This document shows, in pieces, positions 59,101 through 64,000 of a stretch of DNA of 64,000 bases; within the stretch, counting starts at the first letter, position 1, and the number at the start of each line of letters is the position of its first letter. Source of the stretch: an uncultured virus (IMG/VR IMGVR_UViG_3300025133_000079) (lineage: Duplodnaviria > Heunggongvirae > Uroviricota > Caudoviricetes); the IMG/VR virus record IMGVR_UViG_3300025133_000079; one strand, written 5' to 3'. Under the pieces are notes generated by a model. The model saw only the letters and a program-made list of their open reading frames with translations, did no database searches and was not told where the DNA came from. Both the position numbers and the translations under genes were made by a program.

Positions 59101-62100
59101 GCGTTCCGTTCATTAAGCAGAAATGTTAATTCTTATGGTGGCGAAAATGCCTTGAGAATAGGACGAGAGTGGGCGTTGGCCCTAGACGATTTGGCGAGGG
59201 CATTTAAAAAGAACGGTAGTGTGTTCACTAAAAGAGATGATATCCTTAGTCTGTATTACTCAAACGCCTTCCATTACTTTGACACCAACCGAGAAGTTCT
59301 AAACGAGAACCCCGGCAACAAAGGGCAGCGACTTCTGCTTAATGGTTTCAAGAATTACTGGAAGGGACAGAAGAAGGAGGACGCAGCATTCATCGATGCA
59401 GTATGGCCGCAGTTCGAGAAGCTGATCCTAGCAACAAGGAAGGCTTCTAGTCATGTTAATAACATCCGAAAGGAACTAGGGTTAAAGGTAAGGGATGACC
59501 ACGGAGATTTCTCCTTCTTCCGCGAATCAATAGGCGACTCCCTGACAACAACCATGCGGAAACCGTCCAAGGAAGTTCCAAGCGTATTCGAGGCACTTGT
59601 CAACAGAGGTTGGAACATCAATCAAGCACTTGAGTCCAAGGCCAGCATTAAAGGTAAATATCTAGAAAATCAAGAGGGGTACATTGCGTATGTTGAAAAG
59701 CTGTTTGGCCCAAGTCCACGCGAAGGCGAGGTGTACGACAAAACCCACCACCGTGCCGCCTACGCAGTTATGTTGGACTTCGTGGGGCCGTTGGCGAGGA
59801 AGTCTGGTGTGGGCCTTTTGTCTAGCCCAACTGAAAACGGTCTTACTCGACCCGTACCCCAAGCATTGTTGCGAGAGGCGTTCGAGGAGAACCAAGACAA
59901 CTTTATCGGGATGCTTGAATCTCTGGCAAACAAGCTGGGGATAGCGGAGGCGGAAGCCAGGGCAGACTTTGTTGCTGAAGCCGTAACTGATTTCCAAGCC
60001 GTCTTCAGGCAAATCAAGACTTCTCAAGAAAGGACCAACGGAGATTCAATAGGGACAAACACGGCCATGCCTCCCCACATTATGATGGATGCGAGGAAAA
60101 CAACCAACTGGCCCGAAGAGTGGATTGAATACGCAACATTTGGTGAGCGCAACATGCACCAGTATGCCAAGCATTTATCTGTTGAGTCTGCATTTGGTCG
60201 TGACATGGGTATGCTCAAAAGAGACATGGCAGAACTCAAGCAGCAATTAAAAAACGATGATGATCTAAGGATAAAAATAGACCGAGAGATAAGGGCTGCC
60301 GGGGGGAACACGGCTACTGCACACTTTACACGCGCTTACAAGAAGGCGTTCGAGGAAAAAGCCAAGGCCGCAGGGAAGTCTGCTAAATCCCTGAAGAACG
60401 CAAAGACCAAGAAGCAAATAGCAGAAACAATGGACACGCAAATCAATGCTTGGCTGACAGCCGAAAGTGGTACGCCAATGGAGTATTATGCTTGGAATGA
60501 TTTCATGCGAACCTTGGCTGGGTTTACTGTTCAAGGCTACGGCACGGCCCTCATCGACACCATCTCAATTGTTGAGCAACCATTCAGGAAACTCGGCCTT
60601 GGCAAAACAGCCTTTAGCCATCTCCTGAAGAACGCCGGTAACTCCGTGGGAATAGGCACAGGCAGCCTGTTTCAGGTGTTCAACAAAACAATAGGCTTTA
60701 ACGCAGAAAAGATGCAGCTCCTTCGGGAGTTCGGCCTTGACGATGCAACAGCCAGCTTGGAGGGCAACTTCTTTAGTCGGATCAAGGATAACTATAGGTC
60801 TACTCTCTCCGATGAGTTTGTGGGTAATTGGTGGGAAGGGTGGCGTCCCGGCTCACGGATAGTGGAACATATTTCCCGTGCAGGACGAGCCGTCCTCGGA
60901 ACCGGGGCTGGAAAATCAGAGGAAGGTAAGGGCGCTTTCCCTGCGTTGAGGGTTGCCACACCGTTTACACAACTGGCAAAGCAATCGGCAATGGCCAGTA
61001 CCATGTCCACATGGAGTCAGTTCCAGACCTTGGTTCTCAAGGCTTCCAAGCTAATAAAGAACAACTCTAAATACGCAGAGATTTTGAGGAACGAGGGAGT
61101 CCTGTTCGATGACGCAGTACTTAAAAAGCACGGGCTATCCCTAAAGAAGCTGATCAAGGAACTAGGGTATGGGCGCAGCTTTGTCGTGCTGGATGACACC
61201 CGCGCTTTCCTGCACATGAACGAGTCCCTTCAGCGTAACGGGTTCACTCTCGAAAGGGTTGCGTTAGACTTTTTAAGAAGAAAAGAGAGGGACAGCAAGG
61301 CAGACCCCATTGGGGACAAGAACCTTTACCGAGCATTGGCCAATCTAGCTGTATCAGAAACAATGCTTGAGACAGACCTGACCACTAGGCCAAGCGGGAT
61401 GACCTCTCACAAGTTGGGACAATTCGCCATGCCTCTCTTGGGTTGGTCTGTGTCAAAGACAAACGATGTGATTAAGGAGTTGAGGGAGCCGGGTGGGCAG
61501 ACCTCCATGCGAGGGGTTTACTTATCCATGATGAGCTATATGGCCGTTTGTCCTGTCTGGATGATTTATGCATACCTTCGCGACTTTTTTGACGAGGAAA
61601 TCGTTGGGAAGAAGTCTGATATTCAACAAGGAAAAGGGTTGATGCATATGCCGTCTATGGAGCAGATAACTGAAGACCCCATAGATTCCTTCCAGATTGC
61701 TTTGGAGCGATTAGATAGAGTCGGGGCTTTCGGTATAGCCGGGGAGGCTGCTGTTTACGGCATGGGCCAGGTGGGAGGCAACGTGAGGGACTTCGGGGTG
61801 GATTCCAGAGTCTTCGGGATAAACACACTCGGCAACTTTCTCGGCACTTGGGTGAAGTGGGGACGGCAAGGCACAGCAACCTATCAGTCAGTAGCCAGAC
61901 CAATGATCCAATCGCTAGGAGGCAGCGGATTTCTGCAAACAACCCAAATTATCAACAACCAAATTGGCGAACTACTTGAAGACAAACCCTCTCCCGGCTT
62001 GGGGGGGCTGCCGGTTGTTGGAGGAGTACTGTCACAAGACTATTGGGTCAACCATAGGATCGGGGTTCAAAACTACATCAGGGGGGCTGGCAGGACGCTT

Positions 62101-62562
62101 AACCTCGATGTCAGGAAGCGCAGCAATATGCGAGCAACCCCAAGCAAGTTGAAGGCTTATGTCGGCCAGATGGTTCTTGCCGCCTACGCTAAAGACCCAA
62201 TGAAATTTCAGGATGCCAAGCGGTATGCCAAAGAAGCAGCAAGAGAGGTGGATATTAAGGACGCAGAAAAGAGGATTTTACAGGCGTTCATGGCATATCA
62301 CCCCCTAAAGCATTCATTCAAAACTGCCCCAACCGAAAGGGATGTTCAAAAAATTCTAACCACAATTGATGAGTCAAGCGGTGAGGACGCTGGTAAAGCA
62401 GTTAGGGATGCCATTCGCTTATACAACAGCGCGATAGTACGACTAGGCGGCAACCCTTATGAGGGAAAAAAGGAAAAGGCAGCAAGTTCCACATTCAGAA
62501 GGAGGCCGTATATGAGCAGACCCTCACGACCAGACTACCGAGCATCCGCCGCATCTATGTAA
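53107..62562 (+). CDS. Giant ejection or polyvalent protein (3151 aa)
   Basis: G/A-rich membrane-like N-terminus, ART-like insert, HEINH zincin motif (57013-57027), helical C-terminus. Confidence 0.75.
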   Translation: MANLLVQSYRKDNPDTKLSDDQISIRFAEENAAQLQEIFKADPSYKADMNRIWGVTENPASPDSGGDEPSSWDWTKQAYSQFMKGLAEQNIVTTAPETIAIGTSALGHALDLPEEGYWAAPRDPKETGTGKFAEWMKTDVHEALTPEITEKRQGQMRNDFARSTIPHGLGSGVGFMAGGGVIGKILQGGIKKLSQKVGEETIEYAQKQALKRGMLPDAARKFAVEQGEKAAQKTFQRAALRSNFKVTAGLGAVANGPQGYKDAIAEGATPGEAFTAWMLNMGVGTSEVFPMRKFIGRISGIDKYIGNGLKEALVSAGWEAAEEAAQEFFQGAAGNAIAKWIVKYDPDREVLADWKESAAAGGTVGAILSLATSAVGGRIRNITGKDEGEGAAPESEELLPDTPSIAARAYEGENKEAIVALAEREAKEGYTREVEDEYLKLGVVSDILAKELYDKTRNQALARNAAEDAVAETEAQIDDIAATAEPTEQELALLAEAEEVKGSPLTNSEKINILAGNAATTRLDEDEDEANRRKEFFKEEEQRVGQSEADQETAMQEASAADGDRVQRELDDDIEAAQEGERIQQAQRAATQQKNEDLAAWRAARTKQEQPATEEEAAPEAEEDLQQQLQEEQDDITEGTETVNGQEIAGIAVDAVDNEETGIAHSNDIRIVKSRIKKLKERLKGKTLNGKEIGEDEIEQLVPGLGDVESEIVDYENSDLSKEDAKERRGEIKEKWQSLYGTEYSLETDESLEKAITPKAKVKGELPDRAKLADNYPKKLSNFTDTVWHETSLEEAQDFIGMRQTQMAGDVYLSNNKDLALGQTGQGVLLEFDASGIKGRVNRSKPNWGFSWDSGNAEFVANENHNKQKDWVSNLKSITIKPDVTFRPYQQDILNRITKGWDNVSNKDGSQTFTKPKAKAKEEIVLEPGTSNATEAFEEGQQAARKQAQAKVDKGNIGETSQVIEGVRERTDGPINTDDVNLGVESGGGFFTQNDNTSQGRRLTAEVDAYNTISNIKGTTLAELKKEGIVSGRSSGIGYATSGKGKNVVYHITKDAVYLGEGGKTVEEAISNAKKRSAERVGVVLAEGGTVSAAGSGGKVTTRVAVLQSPTGEVVALGIHTTQNDKPMVKNLKGTTAKSMPLSELITKHGYIPVGSIRTVAGTKGFAEVYESRKDFDEKIGDNILALQKAEAQVGPLAEGVQEAKTNEKVPLKEGDQPVPPIVRNAPRRAPRPSQEKVNTAFSNIVDAARTAGVDIKIVKGEFANVEKKATAYMTLEDGRVVATLAMESVNNPTQNNTLDLLHEINHVVFDQLDPAVQEALDNAIESVSDEALGIEGSAFMFDSSFTDEVPNELVQEERLVEAVARKMEAAGFDPESSRGLIGSLVRVWKNISFAARMAWQKMLHGPTAISPTMAQEFFTLQVEAFLTGNSVPRFINYVVNPNTTLLEDVMRFTGDPSNVFISRKGVVEVEPVAPETVEGVRFNMKYAGITRYSPGGTERTNVQQSRRNAATNNAVLQSLRNAYAAFTASGANRTPEGGLMIAEDAFIAKMLGKRGPVEILEEIESETNPEVAATRLEDLDEIEDRPRAALDADKFLTRVYEKLKGISDKAYDKLNRDNKNSLSAQRSKVYIALDELRREYLDLSRTSTKLLEGYQANLDAFNSNRKESRNKIRQVLVSIDKDLATNKIAASEFQKQPTPEELDLFFRMVEAGVDFTESWANIQKKVQHLATKYSPMEGTSPAAIRSKIILAKFMLMAAENPVAVEMLTLRGENPAHRKKFDSVLRLALKNDRDAVKRAFRAFKVEFKEEGKVKSGDFARFSRKIEKLLNKIEEYKGRYSHIDQEINQARRDVAMFDATRNAFAEERATIETLYDKEDAISGLQWEPIHEATYMVPASPVQGLEDVRTNPATLDLSKKVDLAQIEKHINAMTAWLSNQPVNKRGAVWKTMKRQRDKLITIPADQTQREVNTNWILKTLGDYATKLDLIGSPQARKIQQAFRSLSRNVNSYGGENALRIGREWALALDDLARAFKKNGSVFTKRDDILSLYYSNAFHYFDTNREVLNENPGNKGQRLLLNGFKNYWKGQKKEDAAFIDAVWPQFEKLILATRKASSHVNNIRKELGLKVRDDHGDFSFFRESIGDSLTTTMRKPSKEVPSVFEALVNRGWNINQALESKASIKGKYLENQEGYIAYVEKLFGPSPREGEVYDKTHHRAAYAVMLDFVGPLARKSGVGLLSSPTENGLTRPVPQALLREAFEENQDNFIGMLESLANKLGIAEAEARADFVAEAVTDFQAVFRQIKTSQERTNGDSIGTNTAMPPHIMMDARKTTNWPEEWIEYATFGERNMHQYAKHLSVESAFGRDMGMLKRDMAELKQQLKNDDDLRIKIDREIRAAGGNTATAHFTRAYKKAFEEKAKAAGKSAKSLKNAKTKKQIAETMDTQINAWLTAESGTPMEYYAWNDFMRTLAGFTVQGYGTALIDTISIVEQPFRKLGLGKTAFSHLLKNAGNSVGIGTGSLFQVFNKTIGFNAEKMQLLREFGLDDATASLEGNFFSRIKDNYRSTLSDEFVGNWWEGWRPGSRIVEHISRAGRAVLGTGAGKSEEGKGAFPALRVATPFTQLAKQSAMASTMSTWSQFQTLVLKASKLIKNNSKYAEILRNEGVLFDDAVLKKHGLSLKKLIKELGYGRSFVVLDDTRAFLHMNESLQRNGFTLERVALDFLRRKERDSKADPIGDKNLYRALANLAVSETMLETDLTTRPSGMTSHKLGQFAMPLLGWSVSKTNDVIKELREPGGQTSMRGVYLSMMSYMAVCPVWMIYAYLRDFFDEEIVGKKSDIQQGKGLMHMPSMEQITEDPIDSFQIALERLDRVGAFGIAGEAAVYGMGQVGGNVRDFGVDSRVFGINTLGNFLGTWVKWGRQGTATYQSVARPMIQSLGGSGFLQTTQIINNQIGELLEDKPSPGLGGLPVVGGVLSQDYWVNHRIGVQNYIRGAGRTLNLDVRKRSNMRATPSKLKAYVGQMVLAAYAKDPMKFQDAKRYAKEAAREVDIKDAEKRILQAFMAYHPLKHSFKTAPTERDVQKILTTIDESSGEDAGKAVRDAIRLYNSAIVRLGGNPYEGKKEKAASSTFRRRPYMSRPSRPDYRASAASM

Positions 62563-62616
62563 TCCTTGATTTTTACCCTATATTTAGGACACTAACAAAC
62601 ACATGAGGAAACTCTT

Positions 62617-62919
62617 ATGATACTGAATACAACAACATCACTACCGAGAACGGTCAATGTGGCAAGCACCACGGCGGCAGCAGCGACACTGGCAGCAGCA
62701 CCAGGCGCAGGGAAAAGCATTATCCTTGTAGACTTGATAAATGGAGACGGCACCAACATGGCCACCTTAAAGGAAGATAACAGCAGCGGGGCTGTAATAG
62801 CACAAGTCCCAGCGGGTGGATCAATCAGCTTGAATGCCCCAATTACTGTCACAGCTAACAAGGCAGTTCATGTTGCTACATCCACCAAGTTCACCGCCAC
62901 TTATATGGTCGAAGGCTAA
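62617..62919 (+). CDS. Small structural-like protein
   Basis: A/T-rich 100 aa; follows the motif variant at 62571. Confidence 0.6.
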   Translation: MILNTTTSLPRTVNVASTTAAAATLAAAPGAGKSIILVDLINGDGTNMATLKEDNSSGAVIAQVPAGGSISLNAPITVTANKAVHVATSTKFTATYMVEG

Positions 62920-63440
62920 TGGCATTTACCAAAAAGTCATCCACCCCGGTCCAAAGGATTGAGGGAGAGTACCCAGAACTTCCAGATGGAGGCGAGCTGG
63001 GGCTGGATGAATGGTGGCTGGATACCAGGGGGGTCTTAAACAGGGTAAGGGACAAAATAGATGACGTTGCCGAGGCACAAACTACAACCCCAGTAGCGCC
63101 ACTTACGGCGGCAGAGATAAAGGCTTTATACGAAACAAACTCTAACACCAACAACTTCACAGACTCCCACCTGAAAAGCCTAGAATCACTATCTAGCTAC
63201 GGCGATCAGCCCAGGGAAAATATATCTAACACCAGTAGCACCTCGTCAGACAGGTATCTATTCACGGCAAGCACGAACCAAGGGCAATGGATAATCAACC
63301 ATCAACTAGGGTTTCTACCTAACGTACAAATCTACAACTCTGCATTAGAAGAAATAGAAGCTGACATACAACACACAGACAACTACGAAACAATCGTCAA
63401 TTTCACAGGAACAACCACAGGCTACGCAGTATTAAGTTAA
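62919..63440 (+). CDS. Tail-associated protein
   Basis: LTAAEIK..YE.N..TN.FTD; W.I.H.LG..P.V. Confidence 0.6.
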   Translation: MAFTKKSSTPVQRIEGEYPELPDGGELGLDEWWLDTRGVLNRVRDKIDDVAEAQTTTPVAPLTAAEIKALYETNSNTNNFTDSHLKSLESLSSYGDQPRENISNTSSTSSDRYLFTASTNQGQWIINHQLGFLPNVQIYNSALEEIEADIQHTDNYETIVNFTGTTTGYAVLS

Positions 63441-63444
63441 CATC

Positions 63445-64000
63445 ATGGCAAACAAGAAGGTATTCACCAATTTACAGTTCGAGGGAAGCTCCGAGCTAAT
63501 CAACCCAAAGCTAAACCCAACGGGAACCGCACCAGCTTCCAAGGGGCCGGGACAAGCCTACTTTGATACAGGCACAGGCGGCACACTCAATCTACAATTT
63601 GCAGCGGCAGGAGCAGCTAACAACGGGGATTGGAGAGCAGTCCTCACATCTGGTGTCAATTTTTCTACATCTGGAGTTTATCAATCAACATTGGCAGCTA
63701 GTGGTGGAAGCTCACCGCCGTTTGTGGTCGCCTCTGACGATCTGGTAACGAACCTCAACGCTGACAAGCTGGACGGGTATCACATTTCTACAACTGCGGC
63801 CGCCTCCAAGATTCCCGTCTACGGTACGGGCGGCGTACTCAAGGTAGGCACACCCCTAGCCGATGACGATGCGAGTTCAAAATTATATGTCGATACCGCA
63901 GTACAAGGGCTGGAACACAAGGAGAGCGTTAGGTTCACCACTACGGGAAATATCGGCTTAACAGGATTAGGCCAAGGCAATGTAGACGGCACTCATGCTG
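63445..64000 (+). CDS. Tail fibre protein, 3'-truncated
   Basis: ATG at 63445, open to the window end; VTNLNADKLDG and YVDTAVQGL..KESVR..TTGNI. Confidence 0.75.
   Translation, partial: MANKKVFTNLQFEGSSELINPKLNPTGTAPASKGPGQAYFDTGTGGTLNLQFAAAGAANNGDWRAVLTSGVNFSTSGVYQSTLAASGGSSPPFVVASDDLVTNLNADKLDGYHISTTAAASKIPVYGTGGVLKVGTPLADDDASSKLYVDTAVQGLEHKESVRFTTTGNIGLTGLGQGNVDGTHA

Larger units (their letters stand above)
1..64000. mobile_element. Temperate tailed bacteriophage genome (podovirus-like), excised or free form, partial
   Basis: Integrase with attP, replication genes, terminase, portal and capsid block, ejection-type giant proteins, no tape measure or sheath recognised, no host housekeeping genes. 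Confidence 0.95.

Noticed and set aside
53107..62562. Virion RNA polymerase
   Set aside because: No DxDGD or other polymerase catalytic motif recognised.
1..64000. Reverse transcriptase, DGR, retron or IS element
   Set aside because: No RT or transposase ORF and no template/variable repeat pair noticed by eye.

Overview
The whole window is most of one temperate tailed-phage genome with podovirus-like gene organisation and no host genes. It starts in the last late genes (acidic protein, holin-like ORFs, PD-(D/E)XK nuclease). It then carries an apparently intact attP (3' end of tmRNA between two 23-bp arm repeats), a tyrosine integrase, a switch of two divergent ribbon-helix-helix-like genes plus an excisionase-like gene, and a recombination/replication module (Sak-like, split DUF2800-like nuclease, SSB, resolvase-like nuclease, PAPS-reductase-like, initiator with iterons, DnaB, DUF1599-like, HU-like). 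At about 14.9 kb the strand composition flips, followed by a ~1.1-kb hairpin-dense non-coding region and ~15 kb of small early genes. The late block runs from a second tyrosine recombinase through terminases, portal, scaffold, capsid, tail and ejection proteins (including a 3151-aa protein) to a truncated tail-fibre gene. Most notable: a genome-wide GTTACCCTA motif in front of transcription units, the structured non-coding region with boxA-like elements, a repeat-flanked ADP-ribosyltransferase-like cassette in the giant protein, and an RpoC-like insert in the methyltransferase. All family calls are by-eye motif recognition; no database search or RNA folding was run.
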